From positions 13,912-77,911 of the forward strand of contig CAYMIU010000005.1 in assembly GCA_964390515.1 (NCBI GenBank): a stretch of 64,000 nt of DNA. The letters are read 5' to 3'. The DNA comes from an uncultured Stakelama sp. Lineage in GTDB: Bacteria; Pseudomonadota; Alphaproteobacteria; Sphingomonadales; Sphingomonadaceae. A model generated the notes under the pieces. That model did no database searches. It was not told where the DNA came from and saw only the letters and a list, made by a program, of their open reading frames with translations. The position numbers and the translations under genes were made by a program. Positions 1 through 9,037 of this stretch are shown piece after piece. Positions within the stretch are counted from its first letter, which is position 1. Each line of letters opens with the position of its first letter.

Positions 1-1398
1 CTGCAGCCCATTGTCGCCGATCTGAAACTCGCGGATCGTGCGTTCGTGCCGCGCCGTTCGCGTCTTGATCACCGATATGGCTTGTCGCACCTCGCCAAGC
101 GCCTCGAAATAGCGAAGCTGGACCACGGTGTCGGACAGGTAGCTCAGGTCGACATCCGAACGGATGTCGCCGGTGACGCCATGCAGGCCAAGAATGAGGA
201 GGCTGACGACCCCCTTCTGGCCCAGATAGCTCAGCATCTCGTGCATCTGCAGGACCAGAAACTGCTCGTTGGGCATGGACTGAAGGTAAGCGTTCAGGCT
301 GTCGATCACGACCATGCCGGCACCGTGAACCTCCACAGACCGCTGAACGCTTGAGGCAAATTCACCCGGCGACATCTCAGCCGGATCGATGGCCCGCAGT
401 TCAAGCAGCCCGCTCTCGATGTGCGGCCTCAGGTCCAGCCCGAGCGCGGCGCTACGCGCCAGCAAGGTTGGGGTGCGTTCGTCGAACAGGAAATAAGAGG
501 CTTTTTCACCCCGCATCAATGCCGCGACGATACATTGAATCGACGTCGTCGTTTTCCCGACCCCTGCTGGTCCGGTCAGCAGGGTCGCCGTCCCGGGGAC
601 CAGACCACCGCCGAGTAGCGCATCCAGTTCGGGCGACCCGGTTGTGATCGCCTCGCCAGCTTCCTCGATTGCGTGATCGGCCGCGACTAGCCGCGGAAAG
701 ACACAGAGACCCCCGCGCTGGATCTCGAAATCATGATAGCCGCCCCGGAACTGCCTCTGGCGCATTTTCACAACGTGCAACCGGCGCCTTTGTGCCCCGA
801 AGCTCGCAAGCGTCTGGTCCAGCGCGACTACACCATGGGCGATACTGTGCAGTTGCAGATCGCCTCCATTCCCTCCCTTGTCGTCCAGCACGAGAACGGT
901 GCACGCCCGCGTCGAGAAGAAGTGCTTCAGCGCAAGGATTTGCCGACGGTACCGGATCGGGCTCTGGGACAGGAGCCGCAGCTCCGAAAGGCTGTCGAGC
1001 ACCACGCGCGCGGGCCGGACTTCGTCGACCTTCGCCATGATAGCGCGCACGGTCTCGCCAAGTTCGACTTCGCTCGGGTGAAGCAGCGTCTGCTCCTGGT
1101 CCTCGGTGAACCCGTCCGGTGGCACCATCTCGAACAGCTTCAGACTGTCCAGCGACCATCCATGCGCCCTGCCGACTGCCCGGAGCTCGACCTCGGTTTC
1201 CGCCAGAGTGATGTAGAGGCCGGTCTCGCCGGCGGCCGCGCCAGCAAGGAGAAAGCCCAGTCCAAGCGTGGTCTTGCCGGTACCGGGCGTCCCCTCGATC
1301 AGATACATCCGCTCGGGGGTAAGGCCGCCATGCAGGATGTCATCGAGGCCTGCGATGCCGGTGGACGCCACATTGTCCGATTGGTCCTCTGGAGTCAC
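1..1398 (-). CDS. KaiC-like tandem RecA-fold ATPase, 3'-truncated by the window edge
   Basis: Not in the ORF track because it runs off the edge. Manual minus-strand translation from GTG 1398 gives STGIAGLDDILHGGL...LIEGTPGTGKTT...VVLDSLSEL and a second P-loop LLTGPAGVGKTT...VVIDSLNAY, open to base 1. Confidence 0.9.
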   Translation of the reverse strand, partial: MTPEDQSDNVASTGIAGLDDILHGGLTPERMYLIEGTPGTGKTTLGLGFLLAGAAAGETGLYITLAETEVELRAVGRAHGWSLDSLKLFEMVPPDGFTEDQEQTLLHPSEVELGETVRAIMAKVDEVRPARVVLDSLSELRLLSQSPIRYRRQILALKHFFSTRACTVLVLDDKGGNGGDLQLHSIAHGVVALDQTLASFGAQRRRLHVVKMRQRQFRGGYHDFEIQRGGLCVFPRLVAADHAIEEAGEAITTGSPELDALLGGGLVPGTATLLTGPAGVGKTTTSIQCIVAALMRGEKASYFLFDERTPTLLARSAALGLDLRPHIESGLLELRAIDPAEMSPGEFASSVQRSVEVHGAGMVVIDSLNAYLQSMPNEQFLVLQMHEMLSYLGQKGVVSLLILGLHGVTGDIRSDVDLSYLSDTVVQLRYFEALGEVRQAISVIKTRTARHERTIREFQIGDNGLQ

Positions 1399-2073
1399 AA
1401 TCTTCCCCGTCTCGTGGTCGACCCGCCGAGGCCATGCGGCGCAAAAAGACGGTGTCTAATCGACTGTTAGCGCTGATCGCCGTCGAAAGCGACTGTCCCG
1501 CAAACCAGCCCCAGGAGTGACGGCTCGGACGCTCCGGACGCAACGGACGCTCGCCTCGGCTCTCGACCGGGGTTGCGGCAAGGTTCGGCAGCCCAGGTAG
1601 CTATCTCCGGGCCATTGTGCGACCTCGAAGCGGAGGGCCAAGACTTCGACTAGCGTGCGGGTAACTGGCTTGATCTGCGCGCTCTTAGTGTCAGCGTGTC
1701 GCCAGGATCTGATCAGCCTGCCGCCACTCTAAGTTCGAACACCTTGGACCCCGGCGGCGGTGGAACGAGGGTGGCCGCCGACCGACGCCGTCAGGCGCTC
1801 CGCAATGCCCATACTGAAGCCGCCACTGCTGGCCTCGGGAGAGGGGAGGCCGTGTCATCGACGAAGATGACGGCATGAAAGCCATTCCGTTCGTGAGCGG
1901 TCGAGCTGCCCTATCGCCACGACAATCCAGGAGCTGACATTGGCGGCCTGTTTGCCGCTCCCAGCTTCGGCCATCCCGTCAGGGGCGATCAGCCATCGAT
2001 CCTACCGAAGCGCTCCACTTGGAAGCGATGCGATTTCGCCTGGCCCGCATTCGAAAAATTGCGCTTGAGGAGC

Positions 2074-2102
2074 CTTGAAGGCGAAATTGCCCTTTCCTAG
2101 CT
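2074..2102 (+). promoter_or_regulatory. RpoH (sigma32)-like heat-shock promoter
   Basis: CTTGAA-N16-CCTAGCT about 100 bp upstream of the sHSP gene; resembles the alphaproteobacterial RpoH consensus. Confidence 0.6.
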
Positions 2103-2142
2103 GAGCGTCGCCGGGCGCCGTATTCGGGTCCGGTGGGACATA

Positions 2143-2208
2143 GAGAGCGCCGGCTCTCCTCCGGCGCTTCTCATGCCCAGATCGCTTCACATGGAGGATT
2201 TGGATATG
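2143..2208 (+). ncRNA. ROSE-like RNA thermometer in the ibpA 5' UTR
   Basis: Hairpin CCAGAUC-G-CUUC/ACAU/GGAG-GAUUUGG (2177-2203) sequesters the SD with the U(U/C)GCU bulged-G motif. A second hairpin lies upstream at 2143-2172. Confidence 0.7.
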
Positions 2209-2679
2209 AGGACCAACTTCGACTTCACGCCCTATCGGCGTTCAACGGTCGGCTTCGACCGCCTCTTCGACCTGCTCGAGACCGGCCTGCGCGCCGACGC
2301 GACCGATGGCTACCCGCCGTTCGATATCGTCAAGGACGGCGAGGACAGCTACCGCATCACGCTTGCGGTCGCCGGCTTCCGCCCCGACGAGATCGAGATC
2401 GTCGCACAGCAGAACCAGCTCACCGTCACGGGCAAGCGCGCTGAGGACCAGCAGCAGGGCGAGTATCTGCACCGCGGAATTGCGACCCGTGCGTTCGAGC
2501 GCCGCTTCCAGCTCGCAGACTTCATCGAGGCAGGCGACGCTCGGTTCGAGAACGGGCTGCTCAGCGTCCAGCTGAAGCGCGTTGTCCCCGAGGCGATGAA
2601 GCCTCGCAAGATCGCGATCGGCGGCGCGCCCGCTAACGATCGGATCGAGGCGCCCAGCGAAGACCGCCAGGCCGCCTGA
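2206..2679 (+). CDS. ibpA: Small heat-shock protein (Hsp20, IbpA-like)
   Basis: MRTNFDFTPYRRSTVGFDRLF..YPPFDIVK..YLHRGIATRAFERRFQLAD..FENGLL; SD GGAGG before ATG 2206. Confidence 0.93.
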   Translation: MRTNFDFTPYRRSTVGFDRLFDLLETGLRADATDGYPPFDIVKDGEDSYRITLAVAGFRPDEIEIVAQQNQLTVTGKRAEDQQQGEYLHRGIATRAFERRFQLADFIEAGDARFENGLLSVQLKRVVPEAMKPRKIAIGGAPANDRIEAPSEDRQAA

Positions 2680-2767
2680 TCATCCAGCACCGGCTCGTCG
2701 GCGCCGCTTCTTCAGGGCGGCGGCCGGCGGGTCGTGGTCTCTCAAGCCAGACAAGGAGAAAGGACCC

Positions 2768-3286
2768 ATGGCTATCCGTGACCTGATTCCCTGGAGCCGG
2801 CAGGAGAACCGGCTGCCCGCGTCGATCAGCGTCGACCAGCGCGATCGCGAGGATCACCCCCTACTGTCGTTGCACCGCGAGGTGAACCGGCTGTTCGATG
2901 ATGTCTTCCGCGGCTTTGATACACCGGCACTCGGTGGCGTTGGCCGCAGCCTTACGTGGCCGCATCTCGAACTCGGCGAGACCGACAAGGACATCCGTGT
3001 CACCGCTGAGCTGCCCGGCCTTGACGAAAAGGACGTCGACATCTCGCTCGAAGAAGGCGTGCTGACGCTGCGCGGTGAGAAGCGATCCGAAGTCGAGGAC
3101 CAGGAGCGCGGCTATTCGGAACGCAGCTACGGTCGCTTCGAACGGCGCATTAGCCTGCCCAAGGGCATCGATCGCGACCGAGCGAACGCCACGTTCCGGA
3201 ACGGTGTGCTCACCGTGACGCTGCCCAAGACCGAGGCAGCGAACGAGAATGTCCGCCGCATTCCGATCAACGCGCAGGCGGCGTGA
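2768..3286 (+). CDS. Small heat-shock protein (Hsp20/alpha-crystallin)
   Basis: LHREVNRLFDD..VTAELPGLDEKDV..SERSYGRFERRISLP..FRNGVLTVTLPK. Confidence 0.93.
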   Translation: MAIRDLIPWSRQENRLPASISVDQRDREDHPLLSLHREVNRLFDDVFRGFDTPALGGVGRSLTWPHLELGETDKDIRVTAELPGLDEKDVDISLEEGVLTLRGEKRSEVEDQERGYSERSYGRFERRISLPKGIDRDRANATFRNGVLTVTLPKTEAANENVRRIPINAQAA

Positions 3287-3292
3287 TCGGCC

Positions 3293-3316
3293 GGTCCGGG
3301 ACTTCGGTCCCGGGCC
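3293..3316 (+). terminator. GC hairpin with UUCG loop after the second hsp20
   Basis: GGTCCGGGAC-TTCG-GTCCCGGGCC; no clear U-tract. Confidence 0.45.
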
Positions 3317-3366
3317 TTGGCCCAATTCCAGATCAATCACTTCAGTCACCCACGATAGGACGAAGG

Positions 3367-3978
3367 ATGCGCAAGGTTCCTACAGCCGTCCTGACCGGCA
3401 TGGCGGTGCTGGCGGTCGCTGGCATCGGCGTTGCCGCTGCTCGGGACGCACACACGCTAAAAGTCGATCTGCCCGACGGCGCGGTCGCCCGGATTGAATA
3501 TAGCGGCGACATTGCCCCGAAGGTGACGCTCGCGCCGGTTTCGCACCCCCTGCCCGTGTCGTTTATTGACGCGTGGGACAGCACGCCGTTTGCGGCGGTT
3601 GACGATGTCGCAGCCGAGATGGACCGGCAAGCCGCGACGATGATCGAGCAAGCGGCACACCTCCAGGCGCCACCTATGCTCACGGAGCCCAAGCTCCGGA
3701 CGGTCGCGTCGGGCAAGATGCCATCTGGGACGGTGCACTTCGAATTTGTATCGACGACCAGCGGAAACGACACCTGCACCCGCAGGGTCGAGAGGACTTC
3801 CTATGGCCCGGGCGAGAAGCCCCGAGTAGTCTCGGCTAGTTCAGGCCACTGCCGGTCGCTGGACCGGTTTCCGGCACCGACCCGGCTGGATACGCCGGTT
3901 CACCCGTGGATACCCGGCTTGCCAAAGCCACGGATGGCGGACAATGGGGACCGGGCCCGGGTCGGCACCATCGTTTAA
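3367..3978 (+). CDS. Exported hypothetical protein downstream of the hsp20 pair
   Basis: MRK + hydrophobic stretch + AAA signal-peptide-like N-terminus; SD AGGA before ATG 3367. Confidence 0.7.
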   Translation: MRKVPTAVLTGMAVLAVAGIGVAAARDAHTLKVDLPDGAVARIEYSGDIAPKVTLAPVSHPLPVSFIDAWDSTPFAAVDDVAAEMDRQAATMIEQAAHLQAPPMLTEPKLRTVASGKMPSGTVHFEFVSTTSGNDTCTRRVERTSYGPGEKPRVVSASSGHCRSLDRFPAPTRLDTPVHPWIPGLPKPRMADNGDRARVGTIV

Positions 3979-4023
3979 GCTGACGCGGAGGCGGCCGGGG
4001 GGGTTCCTCCGCTCACGTTGGTC

Positions 4024-4651
4024 ATGGACGTTTCCCCGAGCATCCTCTCCAGCTTCGTCACGCTGCTGGTCACGATCGGTCCGGTCGAGACCGGTCGTGT
4101 TCGCCAGCCTCACTGCGGGCATCCACCGTGGTGAGCGACGCAGCCTCGCCATTCGCTCGACCGCGATCGCCGGGCTGGTGCTGCTGCTGTTCGCCGTTGC
4201 CGGCAATTTCACCCTCGACCTGCTCCACGTCTCGCTGCCAGCGTTCCGGGTCGCGGGTGGCCTGCTGCTGTTTCTCCAGGCACTGAGCCTGACCTTTTCC
4301 GGCCCTGGCCTGTCGTCGATTAGCGAAGGTGAGCGAAAGGATGCCGAGCGCCCCGGCGACATCGCCGTATTCCCGTTGGCCTTTCCGCTGATCGCCGGTC
4401 CCGGCGCCTTGTGCGCGGCGGTGCTGCTGATGGGGAGAAGCGCGGGATGGATCGAGGGCGCAGGCGTAATCTCGATGATGGCCGTTTGCCTCACGCTCAC
4501 CTATGCCGCGATGCGCGCGGCCGAGCGGCTGGTGAAGGTGCTAGGCGCGACGGGCGCGGATGTCGTTCGCCGGATCTCGGGCGTGCTGCTGGCCGGTCTT
4601 GCCGTCCAGTTCATCTTCGATGGGCTCGCAGGCGCGCCGTTTCTGGCTTGA
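4024..4651 (+). pseudogene. marC: MarC-family membrane protein, frameshifted near 4092
   Basis: MDVSPSILSSFVTLLVTIGPVET is in one frame. VFASLTAG..FRVAGGLLLF..IAVFPLAFPLIAGPG..RISGVLLAGLAVQFIFDG is in another. Confidence 0.75.
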
Positions 4652-4909
4652 GCTGCGGCAGTAAAATCAAGGTACCGCATCGAGAGCCGCGCCGACCCAG
4701 CCGAGTACGGCGACGTTGGAAGCGGCTTCAGGCGAGTCGCGGCTAAAGAATGTCTGCAGCCTGCACACACATCGCGCAGCGGCAGCTCACCGTGCTTGGG
4801 CACCTCCCGGGCGAGCCGGCAACCACAGTATGTCCAGGTCCTATAACTTGCACGTTGGAGAGCTTCCTCCGTTAACCATCATTAACTAGTTGCGATTAGA
4901 GGTTGTGGC

Positions 4910-6697
4910 ATGATGTCGGCCTCCGATCTTCGCAACTGGAAAGCGGAATGGCGGCAGGCGCTACTGCTCGCGCTTGCCTACTTTGGCGCGGCGTTATGTG
5001 CCGTGACCTACGCCCGCGCCAACGGCGGCGTAGCGCTACTCTGGTTCGCGACCCCGCTGCTCGCTGTCGATCTGCGCTACCGCCCCGAACGGTCTTGGAC
5101 GCTGCGCCTCGCCGCCTGCGCGGCGGCAAGCGCGCTTGCGACGAGCCTCGAAGGACTTGGTGTTGGCGTTGCTCTTCCCTTCGCTCTCATCAACATCGCC
5201 GAGGGTGCCGCCGTTGCGTGGTTGATGCGCCAGTTCGTGCCTGTTCCAGGCCATCTCACGTCGCTACGCGAACTCGCTATTCTCATCGGCGTTGCGGGAG
5301 GGGTCGTGCCTGCTGGCACTGCGCTTCCGGCTGGTCTGCTCGCTCATTGGGCTACAGGCCTTCCGGTCGGAAACAACGCCTTCAACTGGTACGCTGCCCA
5401 TGCACTGGGTACGCTCACGGTGGTGCCGATGGTCGAGCTCGTCATCGGCGGGATTTTGTCAGGATGGGCGCGCTCTGTCGAGCGGCGCGAGGCGTGCGAA
5501 GCGGCACTCCTCACCGGGTTCCTTCTTGTCGTGACAGGGTTCGTATTCGCGCAAACGCGGCTGCCCCTGATGTTTGTCCCCCTTCTTCCAATGATGCTCA
5601 TGGTGTTCCGCCTCGGCCGCCTCGGCGCGGCGACGGGGCTCCTGGTGATCACGATAGTCGGAGCGACTTGTACCGCTCGCGGGCTCGGACCAGTGGCGAT
5701 ACCGGGCACGAGCACCGGCACACGACTCTTGCTCTTTCAGCTATATCTGACGGTCGCAACATTGATGGCGCTGCCCGCCGCGACAGAGCTGAAACGGCGC
5801 AAACTCCTTTTCTCGGAGGTGCAGGCCCAGGCAGCGCTCCACAAGATCATCACCGATCGAAGCGGCGACATCATTATGGCGGTCACGGCTGATGGCATCA
5901 TCGGCTTTGCCTCCCCATCGCTCGCCATGATTGCAGGCTTCGGACCGGATGCCGTGGTTGGCAAATTAGCTCGCGACTTCATCGCTCCGGCAGATGTCGA
6001 CGTGGTGGTGGATGCCCACCGACGTGCCATGCAGAAGCCTGATGAAACGATCATGTTCGAGTTCCGCGCGACGAAGGCTTCGGGTGAACTCGCGTGGTTC
6101 GAGAGCCATGCCTGCGCGATCGCTGATGAGGATGATCAGATTTCCGGCACTGTGAACGTCGTGCGCGACATCTCCGAGCGTAAGGCGTTGGAACAAGGTC
6201 TAGAACGCGCAGCCGCTACCGACGCGCTGACCGGGCTACCCAACCGGAGAGCTTTCGAGGTCGCGGAACGGCAGCTTCAGGAACACCCACCTTCATGGCG
6301 GCACTATGTCGCCGTGTTCGATCTCGACCACTTCAAGGGCGTAAACGACCGTTTCGGTCACGGCGTGGGCGACGAGGTACTGTGCGCCTTTGCGGAAATC
6401 CTGAAAGCCAACACCCGATCGGGCGATACGGTCGCACGCCTGGGTGGAGAGGAGTTTGCGGTCCTGTTCGCCAATCTGAAGCTGCAGGAGGCTCGCGACG
6501 CGTGCGAGCGCGTGAGAACGCAGTTCGCGACTACCGGTGTGATGACCTCGGATGGGCGGGCCGTGCATGCGACCGTCAGCGTCGGGCTTGCGGCGCTCGA
6601 TGGCGACGCTGGCCTTTCAGAGGCTTTGACGGCGGCAGACACCGCGCTCTACCGCTCGAAAGATCAGGGTCGCAATCGGCTCTCGCTTGCCGCGTGA
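4910..6697 (+). CDS. MASE1-PAS-GGDEF diguanylate cyclase
   Basis: Multi-TM N-terminus, PAS, TDALTGLPNRR, DLDHFKGVNDRFGHGVGD, RSGD I-site followed by RLGGEEF. Confidence 0.92.
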   Translation: MMSASDLRNWKAEWRQALLLALAYFGAALCAVTYARANGGVALLWFATPLLAVDLRYRPERSWTLRLAACAAASALATSLEGLGVGVALPFALINIAEGAAVAWLMRQFVPVPGHLTSLRELAILIGVAGGVVPAGTALPAGLLAHWATGLPVGNNAFNWYAAHALGTLTVVPMVELVIGGILSGWARSVERREACEAALLTGFLLVVTGFVFAQTRLPLMFVPLLPMMLMVFRLGRLGAATGLLVITIVGATCTARGLGPVAIPGTSTGTRLLLFQLYLTVATLMALPAATELKRRKLLFSEVQAQAALHKIITDRSGDIIMAVTADGIIGFASPSLAMIAGFGPDAVVGKLARDFIAPADVDVVVDAHRRAMQKPDETIMFEFRATKASGELAWFESHACAIADEDDQISGTVNVVRDISERKALEQGLERAAATDALTGLPNRRAFEVAERQLQEHPPSWRHYVAVFDLDHFKGVNDRFGHGVGDEVLCAFAEILKANTRSGDTVARLGGEEFAVLFANLKLQEARDACERVRTQFATTGVMTSDGRAVHATVSVGLAALDGDAGLSEALTAADTALYRSKDQGRNRLSLAA

Positions 6698-7432
6698 ACC
6701 ACCCGAAGATCGGCACCAGGGGTGAGCGGATTGAACGATGCGCACCCTGCACGCTGGATAAAGTCGTGGTTTGTTCCGTTGCTCCCGTTTGACTTTTGGC
6801 GCCGATCATCGCGGCGCCCTCGACATCCATCCAGCTCGCGATTGATGGCCCGAACGACAAGCTCGAGCCCGTCTCTCTGGGCAGCGCAAATCGCTCCCGA
6901 CGGCTCGGTGACAATAATCGTCAGCCTCAAAGCTCGGCGTACGTTCGTCCACCACAGCGCCGTGCCGGTTGGCATGTCGACCATCTACTCTGTCATGCGC
7001 GGCAATGAGACGTCTACCCGCATCTTTACGATCCTGCCAAAGGATGTTGACCAAAATCAAACCTATCGGCGGGGCGATGCCGTTCATGCGTCGCCTAACT
7101 TCGGGGGGTATCGCGCTCCACGCCGGCGCTCTGCCTGGCTAGCTCAGGCCAGTTGCCGGTTGACGCGGATATGCGCTGGATTTTCAGCAGTCGGCTCAGC
7201 GACGAAGCCCATCTGCTGCTCAAAAACGATTGCGGAACGGTTCTGCCGTTCGTCGAGCGATGCCATGCTCGATCTACCTCACTGGCGTAGCGTCTCTACC
7301 AACATTCGAGCAAGGACCAGCGCCCCCCACCCCCCGCTTTTATGGTAGGCGCGGATGTTGATGGCGACGTCACGATCGCGCGTGGTGACATCACCTGCGA
7401 GCATTGCCGGAGCGACCAGCCCGCCCGCATAG

Positions 7433-8101
7433 CTAACATTCGGTCTTGGCTGACGCACTCGACACTGTTCCTGACATAGCCCGATGGATTGCCGTCACCC
7501 GTTTGACGTGAGCGATGCTGCACCCGGCGAGTTCGGCCGTCTTCGCGATGCTCATACCCGCCTCTCGCAAGCCTACGATGCGGCGGTGGTGGGCTAGATC
7601 GGGCTTGCGGCCGGTGTAGCGCCCTGCCCTCTTGGCAATCTCAATGCCTTCACGCTGCCTCTCGCGCCGGGTCTCGTAGTCGTCGCGTGCGGTTTGGAGT
7701 GCCACGCGCAGCAGCATATCCTGCACCGCTTCCAGTACGATGCGCGCAACGCCCGCGTTGTCTGCCACGAGTTCGGACAGGTCCACAATGCCAGGCACTG
7801 CCAGTCGCGCTCCCCTGCCCCGGATCGCCGCCACTAGCAGTTCGGCTTCCGGCAGCGGTAAACGGCTGATCCGGTCGATCTTCTCAGCGATCACAACTTC
7901 GCCCGGCTGCAGGTCATCTACCATTCGCAGCAGCTCCGGCCGGTCTGGCCGAGCGCCAGACGCCTTCTCACGGTAAACCGCCGCGACGTAGAACCCGGCC
8001 GCGCGCGCGCCTGCGACGATACTCTCCTGCCGCGTCAGATCCTGCTCATCCGTGCTCACCCGCAGATACACCCGCGCCGCTCGTATCCCGCTGCCTGCCA
8101 C
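7433..8101 (-). CDS. Serine recombinase (resolvase family)
   Basis: ARVYLRVSTDEQ catalytic Ser motif, EKASG..RPEL, DRISR, C-terminal HTH. Confidence 0.92.
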   Translation of the reverse strand: MAGSGIRAARVYLRVSTDEQDLTRQESIVAGARAAGFYVAAVYREKASGARPDRPELLRMVDDLQPGEVVIAEKIDRISRLPLPEAELLVAAIRGRGARLAVPGIVDLSELVADNAGVARIVLEAVQDMLLRVALQTARDDYETRRERQREGIEIAKRAGRYTGRKPDLAHHRRIVGLREAGMSIAKTAELAGCSIAHVKRVTAIHRAMSGTVSSASAKTEC

Positions 8102-8120
8102 GTCCTCATCCTCCCGTCTG

Positions 8121-8146
8121 GCTCAATCGGGTACACCCATTTGAGC
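8121..8146. repeat. Inverted repeat, candidate res subsite
   Basis: GCTCAATCGGGT-AC-ACCCATTTGAGC directly upstream of the resolvase. TCACCAAGC direct repeats at 8201 and 8253, and a further inverted repeat at 8259-8286. Confidence 0.45.
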
Positions 8147-8349
8147 CAGTGCTGCGGCAGCCGGCTCTGAATAGCAAGCACCGATCCTGTCGAGCCTAGC
8201 TCACCAAGCCAGGCCTAAGTAGCTAATGGGCACGGACATGACCGACGACTGATCACCAAGCACGTAGGAGTGCCCTCCTTCGTGCTATGCATCAGCGGCG
8301 TCATGCGGTACATTTTGGTGATTGGGTCAGCCAAGCGAGTTCAGTGCAG

Positions 8350-8598
8350 ATGGAAGCACAGAGGGTCAAGATTGTGGACGGTGGTAAACTCGTGATCCCG
8401 GCGGCTATGCGCCGGGAGCTCGGGATCACCACGGGTGACACCGTTCTCGTCGATGTGGACGATGGCGAGTTGCGGGTACGATCAGTGCCTAGAGCGCTTG
8501 AACGTGCTCGCGCGATCCTGCGCAGGTATGTGCCCGAAGGCGTCGGCTTGGCTGACGAGCTGATTGCGGAGCGCCGGCGCGAGGCGGAGCGTGAGTAG
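8350..8598 (+). CDS. vapB: AbrB/MazE-type antitoxin (VapB-like)
   Basis: VKIVDGGKLVIPAAMRRELGITTGDTV swapped-hairpin motif; overlaps the PIN gene. Confidence 0.88.
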   Translation: MEAQRVKIVDGGKLVIPAAMRRELGITTGDTVLVDVDDGELRVRSVPRALERARAILRRYVPEGVGLADELIAERRREAERE

Positions 8599-8989
8599 CA
8601 AGGTCGTCCTCGACGCCTCCGCCCTGCTCTGCCTTCTGAACGACGAGCCCGGGGCGGGTCGGGTAGTGGACGTCCTTACCCGTTGCATCATCGGAACGAC
8701 CAACCTCGCCGAGGTCGTCTCCAAGCTTCGGGACCGAGGATTGCCGCTCGACGAAGTGCGTGAGGCGCTTGGCGGGCTACACCTCGACGTCCGGCCCCTC
8801 TCTCCTGCACAGGCACTGATAATAGGCGACCTCCGGCCGTCGACGAAGGCGCTCGGTTTATCTCTCGGCGACCGGGCGTGCCTTGCCTTGGCGATCGACC
8901 TTCAAGCGGACATGTTCACGACGGACGGCCCACTAGCGAGCGCCGATGTCGGCATTACCATCACCAATGTGCGGCCGCTTGCAGAGTAG
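8591..8989 (+). CDS. vapC: PIN-domain toxin (VapC)
   Basis: VVLDASALL..NLAEVV..GLSLGDRACLALA..TTD acidic PIN residues. Confidence 0.9.
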   Translation: MSSKVVLDASALLCLLNDEPGAGRVVDVLTRCIIGTTNLAEVVSKLRDRGLPLDEVREALGGLHLDVRPLSPAQALIIGDLRPSTKALGLSLGDRACLALAIDLQADMFTTDGPLASADVGITITNVRPLAE

Positions 8990-9037
8990 TCGCACATTCG
9001 TGCTTTTAGGTACGGCACTCTGCAGTCGGGGACTCCC

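Noticed and set aside
733-1470. 245-aa + strand ORF (and 46-354, 351-647)
   Set aside because: Antisense shadows of the KaiC-like gene, which carries recognisable motifs on the minus strand.
7144-7266. Short minus-strand ORF MASLDERQNR.. reminiscent of an ATP synthase zeta inhibitor N-terminus
   Set aside because: Similarity limited to a few residues; 40 aa and diverges immediately.
6664-7348. Overlapping ORFs after the GGDEF gene
   Set aside because: Three competing frames with no motif or clear SD; none can be supported.
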